64,000 nt of DNA from positions 96,001-160,000 of the forward strand of contig CAWFSF010000002.1 of assembly GCA_963818475.1 (NCBI GenBank), given 5' to 3'. This DNA comes from Nitrospirota bacterium. Its GTDB lineage: Bacteria; Nitrospirota; UBA9217. The notes under the pieces are model-generated. The model was not told where the DNA came from. It was given only the letters and a program-made list of their open reading frames with translations, and did no database searches. Positions 30,574 to 41,602 of this stretch are shown in pieces (position 1 is the stretch's first letter; each line of letters opens with the position of its first letter). The translations under genes were made by a program, and so were the position numbers.

Positions 30574-31616
30574 CGATCCAAGCCTTTCTGCAGGCGTTCT
30601 CCCAGCAACCTCGACAAAAGCTTCGCGGTATAGTCCACCACCTGTATCACCTGTTTGTACTGCATTCGGGTGGGGCCGATCACGCCGAGCGTGCCGACCA
30701 CATTCGCCCCGACCCGGTAATTGCTCACCACCATGCTGCACCCCTGCACCTCAAAATAGGGATTCTCCGACCCGATAAAAACCTTAATGCCTTCTGCCGT
30801 CACGCTCCGGTCGAGGAGCTTGAGCAGCTTGTATTTGTCCTCAAAGGCCTTGAACAAGGCCCGCATTTTTTCGACATTCGCGAACTCGGGGCTCTCAAGC
30901 ATCTGGGACGCGCCGCCGATAAATACGTTCTCCCCGTCCCGCCCCTGGACCTCCTGGCTCGCCCGGTAGGTTTCCTCCATCAGACGGGTGAACACCTGCT
31001 TCTGCTCCTGCATCTGCTCGACCAGCCGTCTCCGGACCTCGGGCAGGGACCGCTGTTCAAGCTCTTCATCGAGGTAGGAGCTGAAATAGTTCAGTTCATG
31101 CTGCGAGATCCGTTCGTCCAGCTCGATGAGCTTGTTCTGTACGATCCCCGCGGTGGTCACGAAGATGATCAGGACATCCCTGCCCCGAAGCCGGACAAAT
31201 TCGATATGTTTATACTGCCCCTCGGGCTCGTTCGGCGCGATGACCACTCCGGCGCAATGCGAGAGCGTGGCCAGGAACTGGCTCGCCTCCGCCATCAACT
31301 CCTTCACATCACTTCCCTGCAGCGACGGCGCCTGACTGATCTGGCCATCGATTTCATCGACATCATTTGAGGTGCTGATGAGACCGTCAATGTAATACCG
31401 ATACCCCTGGTCCGTGGGGATCCTGCCTGCAGACGTATGCGGATGGCTCAGGAATCCCATCTCCTCCAGATCTGCCATGATGTTGCGCAATGGTTGCCGA
31501 ACTGAGCCCGAAATTATAGCGTTTACAAAGAACGTTCGAACCGACGGAGCGCCGGTTGAAATATAGCTGTCTATAACAGCCTGCAAGACTCTTTTATTTC
31601 TTTCTTCCAGATCCAT
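30570..31616 (-). CDS. hrcA: Heat-inducible transcription repressor HrcA
   Basis: RNIMADLEEMG...HTSAGRIPT..GYRYY and GVIGPTRM motifs; locally garbled N-terminus (compensating indels). Confidence 0.95.
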   Translation of the reverse strand: MDLEERNKRVLQAVIDSYISTGAPSVRTFFVNAIISGSVRQPLRNIMADLEEMGFLSHPHTSAGRIPTDQGYRYYIDGLISTSNDVDEIDGQISQAPSLQGSDVKELMAEASQFLATLSHCAGVVIAPNEPEGQYKHIEFVRLRGRDVLIIFVTTAGIVQNKLIELDERISQHELNYFSSYLDEELEQRSLPEVRRRLVEQMQEQKQVFTRLMEETYRASQEVQGRDGENVFIGGASQMLESPEFANVEKMRALFKAFEDKYKLLKLLDRSVTAEGIKVFIGSENPYFEVQGCSMVVSNYRVGANVVGTLGVIGPTRMQYKQVIQVVDYTAKLLSRLLGERLQKGLDR

Positions 31617-31657
31617 GCAACAGCCTTTAGAACTTCATTATTTCCAGCATCCTCCTG

Positions 31658-31684
31658 TTAGCACTCACCATAATAGAGTGCTAA
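31658..31684. promoter_or_regulatory. CIRCE operator (HrcA site)
   Basis: Perfect TTAGCACTC-N9-GAGTGCTAA upstream of hrcA. Confidence 0.97.
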
Positions 31685-31685
31685 C

Positions 31686-31714
31686 AATTTAACATACGCC
31701 TTATTTTGTGTCAA
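31686..31714 (-). promoter_or_regulatory. sigma70 promoter of the hrcA operon
   Basis: TTGACA-N17-TAAATT with TG extension, immediately before CIRCE. Confidence 0.8.
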
Positions 31715-31889
31715 GCGGTTATTTTTCCATGGCCTCGCCAGACGCCTTGACACCAACCGGCCCGAAAAACTTCGGGCAACAGGAAGAATATAAAAAACCA
31801 TCCTGCACTATCAAAAAGCACAGGATGGTCATCTCAACCTCCATTGCCGCTGCCGCTCTCCTGCAGCACTTCACCTCGGCTCGCGGTTT

Positions 31890-32402
31890 CTATGCAGCGA
31901 TTTTCTTTACTTCCTTTTCCTCTTCGGCCTTGGCCTCGATCTCGATCTTCCGGGCCTTCGCTATCGCAGGCGCAGGAACCGTTACTTCGAGGATCCCATT
32001 CACGAACCTGGCCTTCATCTGGTCGGTTTTAACCCCCTCGGGCAGTTCGAAATGCCGCTCAAAGGAACCATAGGCGATCTCGCGATAGAGATAATCCTCG
32101 TCCTTTGTGCCTTTTTCCGTTTTGCGTTCGCCTTTGATCGTGAGCCCCCGATCTGTCACCGTTACCTCCAGGTCCTTGGGATCGATCCCCGGAAGCTCAC
32201 ACCGGAATACCAGGTTGTTGTCTTTGGTGAAATTCTCTACCCGAGGCATCCACGCATAGCCACGCCTTTCAGCTGAAGTAATATCCCTGCCCAGGAATCG
32301 ATCAAAGATCCTGTCCATATCAAGCTGCATTTCACGAAGCTCCTCGAAAGGATCGATTTTCCTCATCAACCGGAACGGATCCAACCTCATCAGGCTTTTC
32401 AT
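31890..32402 (-). CDS. Hsp20/alpha-crystallin small heat-shock protein
   Basis: ELPGIDPKDL, LTIKGER, YGSFERHFELP and NGILEVTVP motifs. Confidence 0.93.
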   Translation of the reverse strand: MKSLMRLDPFRLMRKIDPFEELREMQLDMDRIFDRFLGRDITSAERRGYAWMPRVENFTKDNNLVFRCELPGIDPKDLEVTVTDRGLTIKGERKTEKGTKDEDYLYREIAYGSFERHFELPEGVKTDQMKARFVNGILEVTVPAPAIAKARKIEIEAKAEEEKEVKKIAA

Positions 32403-32563
32403 ATCACTCCCTCCTTCCTTGCATATTTGCTGGTCTCCATTCAGGAGAAAAAGGCTCACGCAAGCAGGGGGATGGAAACTGAAAGCCTTTATCCTCCCGA
32501 AATAAAATCCTGGAGACCATTTCGCATACGCAAACCTCTTTGTAATAAAAATATAACACTCTG

Positions 32564-32590
32564 TTAGCACTCTGTCAAGTAGAGTGCCAG
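32564..32590. promoter_or_regulatory. CIRCE operator overlapping the Hsp20 sigma70 promoter
   Basis: TTAGCACTC-N9-GAGTGCCAG; the spacer contains the - strand -35 TTGACA (32573-32578), with -10 TATATT at 32550-32555. Confidence 0.9.
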
Positions 32591-32690
32591 AGTATAAATC
32601 ATTGATTTTAATCGGTTTTAATAAATTTCTTGGCTTGTTGAACGGAGAAGTCTCAGGCAGGTAAATATCTATTGTACGGATCGTATCACT

Positions 32691-33164
32691 CTACCGCTCG
32701 AACGTGCCGCTTTTTCCGCCGCTTTTCTTCATAAGGCGAATATCAGTGATCGTCATGGACCGGTCCACGGCCTTGCACATATCGTAGATCGTCAGGCCCG
32801 AAGCAGACACCGCGGTCAGCGCCTCCATTTCAACACCGGTCGGGCCTGTTGTCCTGGCCGTTGCCACGATGTCGATAAACGACCCTGCGACATCCGGTTC
32901 GAAAGCGATCTCAACGGACGAAAGGATCACCGGATGGCAAAGGGGGATGATCTCCGCTGTCTTTTTTGCGGCCATGATGCCGGCGATGCGGGCAACACCG
33001 AAAACATCGCCCTTTGAAACATTGCGGTCCAGGATGAGCCGGAGCGTTTCAGGCATCATGGTCACGCGTCCGGCGGCCACAGCCTCGCGCAGGGTATCCG
33101 CCTTCCCGGAGACGTCAACCATGCGCGCCGCGCCGTCGTGATCAAAATGAGTCAGTTTTTCCAT
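32691..33164 (-). CDS. moaC: Cyclic pyranopterin monophosphate synthase
   Basis: [21 protein letters not shown] and YDMCKAVD motifs. Confidence 0.96.
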   Translation of the reverse strand: MEKLTHFDHDGAARMVDVSGKADTLREAVAAGRVTMMPETLRLILDRNVSKGDVFGVARIAGIMAAKKTAEIIPLCHPVILSSVEIAFEPDVAGSFIDIVATARTTGPTGVEMEALTAVSASGLTIYDMCKAVDRSMTITDIRLMKKSGGKSGTFER

Positions 33165-33198
33165 GCGTCGTCCTCTTCATTCCCCTGGTAGAAGCATT

Positions 33199-34188
33199 CT
33201 ATCCGCCGATGCGGGACATGATCCGCTGGCTGCACGCTGCCGGATTTTCGTTCACCCGGTGTCGTTCCGGTTTGATCTCGAGAGAGAACCTGAGCAGACG
33301 CTCGAGCTCTTCGTCGCTGCAGCCGCCCCGCATGGGCGATTTAATGTCGATCTCCGTATCGGACAGCAGGCAGGGCCTGATCCTGCCGTCTGCGGTAAGG
33401 CGGAGGCGGCGGCAGGAGGCGCAAAAGTGCTTGCTGATGGGGCTGATGAACCCGATCACGCCGCGCGCGCCCGGGATCTGGTAATTGTCGGACGGGCCTG
33501 CCGAGCCCTTTGCCAGGAACGGCACCAGCGGGCCGAACTCACGTTCGATGATGCCACGAACACGGTCGGAGGTCACGCAGGCTTCGGTATGCCATCGGTC
33601 ATTGGCGCCGATCGGCATGAACTCAATGAACCGGATGTGGAGGCGCCGGTCGAGCGTAAGCCGGGCGAAAGCGGCGATCTCGTCGTCGTTCACCCCTTTG
33701 ACCGGGACCATGTTGATCTTGATCGGCGAGAACCCGGCTTCCTCGGCACTGGCGATGCCCTGCCACACAAGGTCCCAGGCATCGCTGCCCGTGATCTCCC
33801 GGAAGCGCTGCGGATTCAGCGAATCAAGGCTGATATTGAGCCGTTTGATCCCGGCATCACGCAATCCCCGCCACATTTCCCCGAGCAGCACGCCGTTGGT
33901 GGTGAGACTGATGTCCTCGATGCCTGCCACATCCCGCAGCTCTGCAATGAAACCGAGCACGCCGCGACGAACCAAAGGCTCACCGCCGGTGATGCGGACA
34001 TGGGAAATCCCCAGCGGCACGGCGATCCGCACGATCCTGAGCATTTCCTCATAGCGGAATATTTCCTGATGCCGGATCATCTGCACCTGGGTCCTCGGTT
34101 TACAGTAGACACAGGAAAGATTGCACCGGTCGGTGACCGATATGCGCAAATAGTCGATGGTCCGATTGCTGTGGTCTTTGAGAGACAT
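33199..34188 (-). CDS. moaA: GTP 3',8-cyclase
   Basis: YLRISVTDRCNLSCVYC, FCASCRRLRLT..G.IRPCL, C-terminal IGG. Confidence 0.96.
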   Translation of the reverse strand: MSLKDHSNRTIDYLRISVTDRCNLSCVYCKPRTQVQMIRHQEIFRYEEMLRIVRIAVPLGISHVRITGGEPLVRRGVLGFIAELRDVAGIEDISLTTNGVLLGEMWRGLRDAGIKRLNISLDSLNPQRFREITGSDAWDLVWQGIASAEEAGFSPIKINMVPVKGVNDDEIAAFARLTLDRRLHIRFIEFMPIGANDRWHTEACVTSDRVRGIIEREFGPLVPFLAKGSAGPSDNYQIPGARGVIGFISPISKHFCASCRRLRLTADGRIRPCLLSDTEIDIKSPMRGGCSDEELERLLRFSLEIKPERHRVNENPAACSQRIMSRIGG

Positions 34189-34338
34189 GTAAAAAATCTA
34201 CCACAGGGTCAGTACATCTGCAAGGCAAATTATAGCCTTGACCCACCTTTATTTTGACAGTATACTATTCTTATTATAGGGGAACATTGCAGTACACGCC
34301 ACACCGATAAGATCACACCGCATCACCGGCCACCTTCT

Positions 34339-34897
34339 ATGACAAAAATGGGAAAAAGGATAATCCTGGGCAGGGGAAAGGGGTACATCAGCGCGGCTGG
34401 TCCGCAGTACCGCTTCATCGTCTTCCTCATTTTCATCCTCGTTGCCTACACGCTGCTCCTGCGCGTGTTCCAAAAACTGGCCGAGATCCTGCAGCTGCCG
34501 ATCTTTCTGCCCATCTCCCTGATCACCTTGCTGATCTTCATCGGCATCATCGGCACCCTGTACTCACATAAGTTCGTCGGCCCCATGGCACGGATCCGGC
34601 GCGCGCTCGACCAGATGGCAGAGGGAGAGGAACGCCATCTGTTTGCGGCTCCGGGAGTCGGACGACCCCATGCTGAAGGACATCGTCGCGTCGATCAGCC
34701 GCCTCTGCGAACTTACCAGGAACGAGCATATCCTGATCCAGGACCAGGCTCGCGACCTTTTCAGCGCTGTTCAGGCGCTCCATGACGAGGCCAGGAAGAC
34801 CGGCGCCTGCGGCGAGCAGCTTGAGAAACACTTTGCAGACGTCTTGAAAAAACAGGAGCAGCTCGAGCAGACGATCAAATCCTTCCACAAGGGATAA
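34339..34897 (+). CDS. Two-TM HAMP-like membrane protein (frameshift near 34630)
   Basis: TM pair, SHKFVGPMARIRRAL, continuing as LRESDDPMLKDIVASI in the next frame. Confidence 0.6.
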
Positions 34898-34905
34898 CGG
34901 GGATT

Positions 34906-35187
34906 ATGGCTGAAATCGGATTCCGCGGAAAAAGCATGAAAGCGGTGGCCGTGGACGTGGCAGAAGCCTTCGTCTCGGTAAACCCGCTGTTCCTGAAAAA
35001 ATTCGACAAGGACATGCTGAAGGAACTCTATGAAACAATCAACAAGGCCATGACCTTAACGCGCAATGAAAAGCTGCTGCCGAACGATCCGGTTGCCCTG
35101 CGGACGCGCAATATGAAGCTCCAGCGTCTGCACTCCGCTCTCATCGTCATCCGGAACTCCGCACGCGAAAAGCGGATCCCCCTGTAA
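34906..35187 (+). CDS. Hypothetical protein
   Basis: 93-aa ORF with typical codon usage, 8 nt after the previous stop. Confidence 0.65.
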   Translation: MAEIGFRGKSMKAVAVDVAEAFVSVNPLFLKKFDKDMLKELYETINKAMTLTRNEKLLPNDPVALRTRNMKLQRLHSALIVIRNSAREKRIPL

Positions 35188-35224
35188 ACAAAAAGCGGTG
35201 AACACCCCTTGGCGGCTCACCGTG

Positions 35225-36496
35225 TCAAGCATACTGCCCTGCATTCTCCGCGTTGTTCCTGCTACTCAACGGCGACGAAAATTGATTTCTGAACTCCTCG
35301 GGACCCAGGTTCGTTACCGATGCAAGCTTCTTGAGCTCCTCCCCTGCCAGGTCTTCCTTCTCGAGCCGGATCATGTAGCGCCGCGCCATATGATAATCGT
35401 CGGAATCGATGTCCACGGTGCGGATCCGCGTTTTTCCCGTCTTGGGGTCCATGAGATCGGCGAACTTGATCGGGATGCACTTGCCGTCCTTCAGCATGAT
35501 CATGGCGCCGGTCCCGCCGCCCACCAGGAACTGCACCGCGCTGAAACCCAGGTAGCGGGTGTATTCCCGGTCGTAGGAGATGGGAGGATGGCACCGGAGC
35601 TCATACCCGATGTCCTTGGCAATGATCGTGGTCTTGACGCCCAGCGCGTCGAGCTCGGTGGCGACCCGCTGCTTCAGGATGTCGCCCAGCGGAAATTCGG
35701 CCAGGCGGATGTTGCCGTGCTCGTCGACCGGCACGTCCTTGAGGATCGTAAGCTCCTCGGGATCGAGGCGGATGGCGACGCCCTCGGCGATCACGGCCAC
35801 ACCGTGCCCCCTGCCAAGAGCAAGCCGCTTGATGATGGCGCCGGTCAGGATGGCAATGACCTTTTTGAAAGAGATCTTGTTCCCCAGTTCCTCGGGAATG
35901 AGGGTCAGCGTCGCGCCCGCGCCCATACCCATGCCGAGCGCCAGGTGCCCGGCGGACCGGCCCATGGCGATCACGAAATACCAGCGCCACGCGGTCTGCG
36001 CGTCCTCCATGAGGTTCTCAACGAGCTGGGCGCCGAGCTGGCGCGCAGTCTCGAATCCGAAGGTCGGAACACCGTGCGGAAGCGGCAGGTCGTTGTCGAT
36101 CGTCTTCGGCACGTGGCAGACCGCGATCTTGCCCGCCGCCTCCTGTTCCACGCGGGTGGAGGTGTAAGCAGTATCGTCGCCGCCGATGGTCACCAGGTAC
36201 TTGACACCCAGGCCTGTCAGTGCTTTGATCACATTTGCCATTTTCTCAGGGCTTTTCGTCGGATTCTCGCGTGACGTCCCGATGATGGACCCACCGCGCG
36301 TGTGAATGCGCGAGATCTCTTCGGGGTTCAGGTTCAGGATGTGCGACGTATCTCCCCTGGACAGCCATTTGAATCCGTCGCGGATACCGATCACTTCCAG
36401 CCCCTGTTTCCATGCCTCAAAGGTGACCGCACTGATCACGCCGTTAATTCCCGGGGCCGGTCCTCCGCCTACAACCACCGCAAGCTTTTCCGCCAT
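35225..36496 (-). CDS. pfp: Phosphofructokinase, probably PPi-dependent
   Basis: GGGPAPGIN, GGDDT (Asp) and PKTIDND (Lys) PPi-type signatures, MGR, GYELRC. Confidence 0.88.
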   Translation of the reverse strand: MAEKLAVVVGGGPAPGINGVISAVTFEAWKQGLEVIGIRDGFKWLSRGDTSHILNLNPEEISRIHTRGGSIIGTSRENPTKSPEKMANVIKALTGLGVKYLVTIGGDDTAYTSTRVEQEAAGKIAVCHVPKTIDNDLPLPHGVPTFGFETARQLGAQLVENLMEDAQTAWRWYFVIAMGRSAGHLALGMGMGAGATLTLIPEELGNKISFKKVIAILTGAIIKRLALGRGHGVAVIAEGVAIRLDPEELTILKDVPVDEHGNIRLAEFPLGDILKQRVATELDALGVKTTIIAKDIGYELRCHPPISYDREYTRYLGFSAVQFLVGGGTGAMIMLKDGKCIPIKFADLMDPKTGKTRIRTVDIDSDDYHMARRYMIRLEKEDLAGEELKKLASVTNLGPEEFRNQFSSPLSSRNNAENAGQYA

Positions 36497-36717
36497 AACT
36501 GCCTCCTGCTGTATAAGATATTGTTGCTGGAACCGGTGACGAACATGGACATCCTGAAGCGCGAGGCACTGCTGAAACGTTTCAAGTCTTCGGAAGGGCT
36601 CCTTCCACTGCCGTGTACCGCGCAACTGTATCAAAACACGACGTGCTTGTCAATATGATTGAACCTGCCTGATTGAACCTGACGCATGTGCGGAAGAATG
36701 CATCGGTAAATTTCGGG

Positions 36718-36746
36718 TTGACACCTTTCATCCGAAACGCTATTAT
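36718..36746 (+). promoter_or_regulatory. sigma70 promoter
   Basis: TTGACA-N17-TATTAT upstream of 36803. Confidence 0.75.
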
Positions 36747-36802
36747 TTCAGGTAGTTTACCGGTAACAAGGCAAGGTACTTTTATCGAAAAAGGGAGAGT
36801 GC

Positions 36803-37279
36803 ATGAACAATTATTCGATCAATGAAGTAATCGAGATGGCGATCCAGACGGAAAAGCTCGGGTACCAGTTCTATACTTCGATCAGCGAGAAGTTCAAGAA
36901 GGACGACGGTTTGGTCAAGCTCTTTACCACGCTTGCAAAAAAGGAGCAGGTGCACGAGAAGACCTTCACCGACCTGAAGAGCATGGTCGCCAAGAGCGGC
37001 ACGGAAGCGGTGGAGTGGGGAGAGGTTTCCAATTATATGCGCGCATTTGTGGAGTCCCAGTTCTTCCTGGGAAAGGGCAAGTCGCTCCCGTCCATGGACC
37101 ATTTAAAGACCGTGGCCGATGCCGTCAACTTTGCGCTCGGATTCGAAAAAGAGACCCTGCTCTACTTCTTTGAACTGCGGTCCGTGGTGAAGGAAAAAGA
37201 GATGGTCGACGAGATCATCAATGAGGAAAAGAGCCATATCATGTGGCTCGATGCGTTCAGGAAAACGTTGGCGAAATAG
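36803..37279 (+). CDS. Ferritin-like/rubrerythrin family protein
   Basis: EKLGYQFY...EQVH and EKETLLYF...EEKSH motifs. Confidence 0.85.
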   Translation: MNNYSINEVIEMAIQTEKLGYQFYTSISEKFKKDDGLVKLFTTLAKKEQVHEKTFTDLKSMVAKSGTEAVEWGEVSNYMRAFVESQFFLGKGKSLPSMDHLKTVADAVNFALGFEKETLLYFFELRSVVKEKEMVDEIINEEKSHIMWLDAFRKTLAK

Positions 37280-37285
37280 CACAGG

Positions 37286-37375
37286 ACAGGATGCACGATG
37301 CAGGATGCAGGTAACCAGACTAAATCCGGTATCGTGTATCCTGCGTCATGTATCTTGCATCCTGTATCCTGCATC
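37286..37375. repeat. Inverted 7-mer array (CAGGATG / CATCCTG) between convergent genes
   Basis: About 4 units left and about 6 degenerate units right. Confidence 0.85.
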
Positions 37376-38069
37376 ATCTCTTCAGCAGCTCCCCCACCGT
37401 TACGAGCGTAAAACCCTTCTTGCGCAATCCTTCTATGATCTCCGGCAGGAATTCCGCCGTATGCACTCCATTGCGATTCATATGGAACACGATGATGCTC
37501 CCGCCCTGCGCGTCGCGCAAAAGGATGCGCACGATCCGCTTTGGCGACAGATCCGGGTCCGGATCGCCCGAGGCAATGTCGTACTGGATCGTCACCAGCC
37601 CCGCCTTTTTCGCCAGTTCCGCCACGTGCTCGTCGACCTCGCCAAAGGGCGGCCTGAAATAACGGGGCGTTTTGCCGGTCACCTTCTTGATCTCGGCCTG
37701 GGAGCGCTTGAACTCGCGGATGATGCGGTCGTCCGGCTTTTCCAGCAGGTGAGGATGGTAATAGGTGTGGTTCGCGATCTCGAACTGCGGCTGGCTTGCC
37801 AGGTATTTCGCCTTCTCCGCGTTTTTCTCTACCCATCTCCCGCTCATGAAGAGCGTGGCCGGCACCTGCTTTTGCATCAGGACTTCGATCACCTGACCGT
37901 CATACTCGTCGGGCTTTCCCGTGGGGCAGGAGTCAAAGGTGAGCGCGACTTTTTTGGTGTTCCGGGGACCGTGTTCGATGATGAGACTGGTGGGAGCTTC
38001 AGCAAAGGCCTGGGTTAGCGAGCAGAGTGTCAGGACCACGGAGATGAGCACGGCAGTGATAAAATTCAT
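37374..38069 (-). CDS. Secreted polysaccharide deacetylase (NodB)
   Basis: ALTFD, NHTYYH, YFRPPFG and IIVFH motifs; signal peptide. Confidence 0.9.
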   Translation of the reverse strand: MNFITAVLISVVLTLCSLTQAFAEAPTSLIIEHGPRNTKKVALTFDSCPTGKPDEYDGQVIEVLMQKQVPATLFMSGRWVEKNAEKAKYLASQPQFEIANHTYYHPHLLEKPDDRIIREFKRSQAEIKKVTGKTPRYFRPPFGEVDEHVAELAKKAGLVTIQYDIASGDPDPDLSPKRIVRILLRDAQGGSIIVFHMNRNGVHTAEFLPEIIEGLRKKGFTLVTVGELLKR

Positions 38070-38129
38070 GGGATATTATAACATTGGTTCCAAAAAAATC
38101 AAATGCGACGTAAAACGATCAGTATAAAC

Positions 38130-38160
38130 TGTCGGATTTCGTTGGCTCTATCCGACCTAC
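38130..38160 (-). repeat. GTAG-type REP-like palindrome
   Basis: - strand GTAG-GTCGGAT...ATCCGAC. Confidence 0.6.
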
Positions 38161-38252
38161 CAGCCTATTTGTTTAACCTCTTGTCTTGTTTCAGTTTATG
38201 CATTGCATCGTACAGAATATGTGGCGGAAAATAGCAGTGGCCGTAATGTGGT

Positions 38253-39255
38253 TTACAAAGGGAAATGGCACGCCACCTGGTGACCGCCGCCCATGTCGCG
38301 CAGTTTGGGTTCCTGTTGCAGGATCAATGCACTCAGCAGGACGGCCCTTGGACTCGTACACCGGGCAGCGGGGAGCGAACCGGCAGCCGCTGATCGGACG
38401 CTCGAAATCAAAGACGCCCCATCTGCCTGTTTGGGCAGTGGCAGCTTCCTTGTTCTGCTTTTCGACGAGCGACGACCACAGGATATGCGTATAGGGGTGA
38501 TAGGACTTGTGCGCAATGCGTTCCGAGAGGCCCATCTCGACGATCTTGCCGAGATACATGACCGCCACCTTGTGGCTGAGCAGTTCCACGACCCGCAGAT
38601 CGTGGGAGATGAAGAGGTAGGAAAGGCCGAGATCTCTCTGGAGGTCGCGCATCAGGTTCACCACCTGGGCCTGGATCGACACATCCAGAGCGCTCGTAGG
38701 CTCGTCAGCGACAATGAAGCGCGCGCCCACGGAAAGCACCCGCGCAATGCCGACCCGCCGCTTTTCGCCTCCGGAAAGTTCGTGCGGAAAGTTGGAGAGC
38801 TTGCTCTTTTTAAGATTGACCTGCTCCAGCAGCTCGCCGATCTTCTTGTCCGCGCCGGCCTCGTCCATCTGATGATGGACCGTGATCGCCTCCCGCAGGA
38901 TCTCGCGGATGCGCATCTTCGGGTTCAATGCTGCGTCCAGGTCTTGAAAGATCATCTGCATCTGGCCCCGCAGCCGGCGCAGTTCCTCGGCCGGCATGGC
39001 AATGACGTCCTTGCCGTCAAAGAGGATCTTGCCCGAGGTCGCCGGCGTGAGCCGCAGGATGGTTCTGCCGATCGTGGTTTTGCCGCAGCCTGACTCGCCC
39101 ACGAGGCCGACGGTCTCGTTCTCCTTGAGGTAAAAGCTGACGCCGTCCACCGCAGGTATCGCCTGCTCCTGTCTTTCCTTGAATGCGGACAGGAGCCCCT
39201 TGCGCTGAGCAAAGTGTTTTTTGAGGTCTATGACTTCGAGGATTGTTTTCGGCAT
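38253..39255 (-). CDS. Oligopeptide/dipeptide ABC transporter ATP-binding subunit (OppF/DppF-like)
   Basis: GESGCGKT, LSGGE, DEPTSALD, GCRFAPRC; the C-terminal VACH lies in the adjacent frame (frameshift near 38315). Confidence 0.9.
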
Positions 39256-39292
39256 AAGAAACCAGTTTTAACACATCGTAAAAAGCTTAATC

Positions 39293-39469
39293 TACCACGG
39301 AGACACGGAGGCACGGAGAAATGCCTTTTAAATAATAGGGATTTTCTCGCGTCTCTGCGCCTCAGCGGTTCAACTTGATTTATTGTTAGTTGTTAACCTA
39401 TCAATATCTACGTCCTTTGTATTGGGTTATACTGCAGCCTTCTCTCCGTGTCTCCGTGCCTCCGTGGTA
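39293..39469. repeat. Empty inverted-repeat element, CACGGAG type, with a nested orphan CGCAGAG-type arm (39345-39369)
   Basis: TACCACGGAGACACGGAGGCACGGAGA ... TCTCCGTGTCTCCGTGCCTCCGTGGTA; AT-rich interior. Confidence 0.9.
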
Positions 39470-39481
39470 AAAAGACCTGCT

Positions 39482-40582
39482 TTACTCAAAATACAACCAG
39501 CACCGGACCTTATGCCCCGGAGCGATCTCCCGCAGCTCGGGCTCGTGGCGTTCGCACTTCTCTTTGATGGCATCGGTCACGCGGTTGCAGCGGCCATAGA
39601 ACCGGCAGCCTGCCGGGATGTTGATGGTATCGAGCACGTCCCCCTCGATCGCGTGGAGATAGCCTTTTTCCCTGACGTTTTGCGCGCTCGGAATGGACGT
39701 GAGCAGCGCGGCGGTATAGGGATGCTTTGCCGCTGCATCGACGGCAAGAATGTCGCGTGCCGGGCCGTGCTCGAAGACCGTACCGCCGTACATCACTGCC
39801 ACGCGGTCCGACAGGCGCGAGATGATGCTGATGTCGTGGCTTATGAGCATGGTGGTCACGCCGAGCTCGGACTTGAGCTCCGCCAGCAGATCCACGATCT
39901 TGGACTGGATGGTGGCGTCGAGCCCTGTAGTCGGTTCGTCAGCGATCAAAAGCGACGGCTCGCTTGCAAGCGCCATGGCGATCATAGCACGCTGGCACAT
40001 GCCTCCTGACATCCCGAACGGATGATTCTCATACCGGAGCCGCGGCGAATCGATCTTCACCCGGTCCAGCCAGTAGATCGCCCGGTCTTTTGCTTCCTGT
40101 TCGCTCGTGATCGCTGTATGGAGCTGGATGGCCTCGGCGATCTGTTTGCCCACGGTGGTAAAGGGATTGAGCGAAGACTTGGGGTTCTGGAAGATCATGG
40201 CGATCTCCTTGCCGCGCACCTTGCTCATCATGCTCTCTGCCCGCTGCTCCCAACCCTTCACGTCCTTTTGCACGGACATGATCTTGTTGTCCTTTTTCGT
40301 GAGCGTAACATAATCTCCCAGGTCCTGGAGCAGGTTCTTCTGGATGCGGTCGGTCTTTAACCCGATCTTGCCGCTGATCACGCCCGGACCGTCGCTGATG
40401 AGCCCCAGGATCGACAACGCGGTGATGCTTTTGCCGCTGCCGCTCTCGCCGACCACGCCCAGGGTCTCGCCTTTTGCGATCTTGAGGCTTACGTTGTCCA
40501 CGGAGCGAATGAAAGCCTGCTTGCTGCGGGAATAGAAATAAGTGCGAAGATCCTCTATTTTGAGAAGCGGAGCAGTCGTCAT
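39482..40582 (-). CDS. Oligopeptide/dipeptide ABC transporter ATP-binding subunit (OppD/DppD-like)
   Basis: [16 protein letters not shown] and DEPTTGLD motifs. Confidence 0.92.
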   Translation of the reverse strand: MTTAPLLKIEDLRTYFYSRSKQAFIRSVDNVSLKIAKGETLGVVGESGSGKSITALSILGLISDGPGVISGKIGLKTDRIQKNLLQDLGDYVTLTKKDNKIMSVQKDVKGWEQRAESMMSKVRGKEIAMIFQNPKSSLNPFTTVGKQIAEAIQLHTAITSEQEAKDRAIYWLDRVKIDSPRLRYENHPFGMSGGMCQRAMIAMALASEPSLLIADEPTTGLDATIQSKIVDLLAELKSELGVTTMLISHDISIISRLSDRVAVMYGGTVFEHGPARDILAVDAAAKHPYTAALLTSIPSAQNVREKGYLHAIEGDVLDTINIPAGCRFYGRCNRVTDAIKEKCERHEPELREIAPGHKVRCWLYFE

Positions 40583-41472
40583 TTGCCTCTCCGTCCTTCG
40601 AGGATATTGTTCAGCCCGTCGCCGAGCAGATGGAACCCCAGGATCGTGAACAGGATGGCGAGCGCAGGCGCCGTTGACGGCCAGAACTGGCCCTTCATGA
40701 AATAGTTCGCCCCGGACTGGACCATGTTGCCCCAGGACGGCGTGGGCTCCTGCACGCCGAAGCCAAGATAGCTCAGGGAGGTTTCCATGAGAATAGCCTC
40801 TCCCATACCGAGCGTTGCCTGGATGATCAACAGCGACCGGCAGTTGTGCCAGAGAATGTGCTTCAGGATGATCGTCCTCGTGGGAAGACCCAGCGCCATA
40901 TCCGCCTCGATGAAATTCTTCTGTTTCAGAAACTGGATTTTGCCCTTGATGAGCGAGGCTACGACCGGCACGTTCGTAATGCCCACGACGATCATGATGA
41001 CATAGATGTCCGGCTTGAACGCCGCGATCACGAGCAGAATGAGCACGAGGCGAGGAAAAGAATCGACGAGGTTCGTGAAATAGGTAATGAGGGTCTCAAA
41101 CCTGTTGCCGCGATATCCGGCGAGCACGCCGAAGAGGGTGCCGAAAAGGAGTGCAATGGAGATCGCGAGGAGCCCGGGCAGAAAGTAGGCCTGGATGCCG
41201 ACGATCAGGCGGGAGAGCATGTCCCTTCCCATGAAGTCCGTGCCGAGCAAATGTCCGGCAGTGCCCGGCCCCGCCATCATCAGCTCCAGGTCTATGTCCT
41301 GCGGGTCCTGCGGCAGCAGGTTGAACGAACCCAGGAGATAGGACACCACCACGAGCATAACGATCAGCAGCCCGTATGCCACATAGGCCAGGTCCACGGT
41401 GTCCGCTTTTTTCCAGAAAGGCAGGTCCGAGAACTCGCCGATCTCGCCGGATATTTGGGAATAGGTTTTCAT
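40579..41472 (-). CDS. Peptide ABC transporter permease (OppC/DppC-like)
   Basis: HLLGTD..GRD, LSYLGFGVQEP.PSWG and LLGDGL motifs. Confidence 0.92.
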   Translation of the reverse strand: MKTYSQISGEIGEFSDLPFWKKADTVDLAYVAYGLLIVMLVVVSYLLGSFNLLPQDPQDIDLELMMAGPGTAGHLLGTDFMGRDMLSRLIVGIQAYFLPGLLAISIALLFGTLFGVLAGYRGNRFETLITYFTNLVDSFPRLVLILLVIAAFKPDIYVIMIVVGITNVPVVASLIKGKIQFLKQKNFIEADMALGLPTRTIILKHILWHNCRSLLIIQATLGMGEAILMETSLSYLGFGVQEPTPSWGNMVQSGANYFMKGQFWPSTAPALAILFTILGFHLLGDGLNNILEGRRGK

Positions 41473-41602
41473 AATGATTCAGGGACAGGGTCCAGGGGCC
41501 AGGCAAAATAAATGACAGACGCTAATCCTGGACTTTTTACTGGTTTAATCTACGAGCGTGAACCAGCGATGCGATATTATTGTCATGCTGCTCTGCACTT
41601 CA

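Noticed and set aside
26599-31616. dnaJ, grpE and hrcA as pseudogenes or programmed frameshifts
   Set aside because: Motifs and regulatory sites are intact, there is no common slippery sequence, and indels are scattered window-wide, so sequencing error is more likely.
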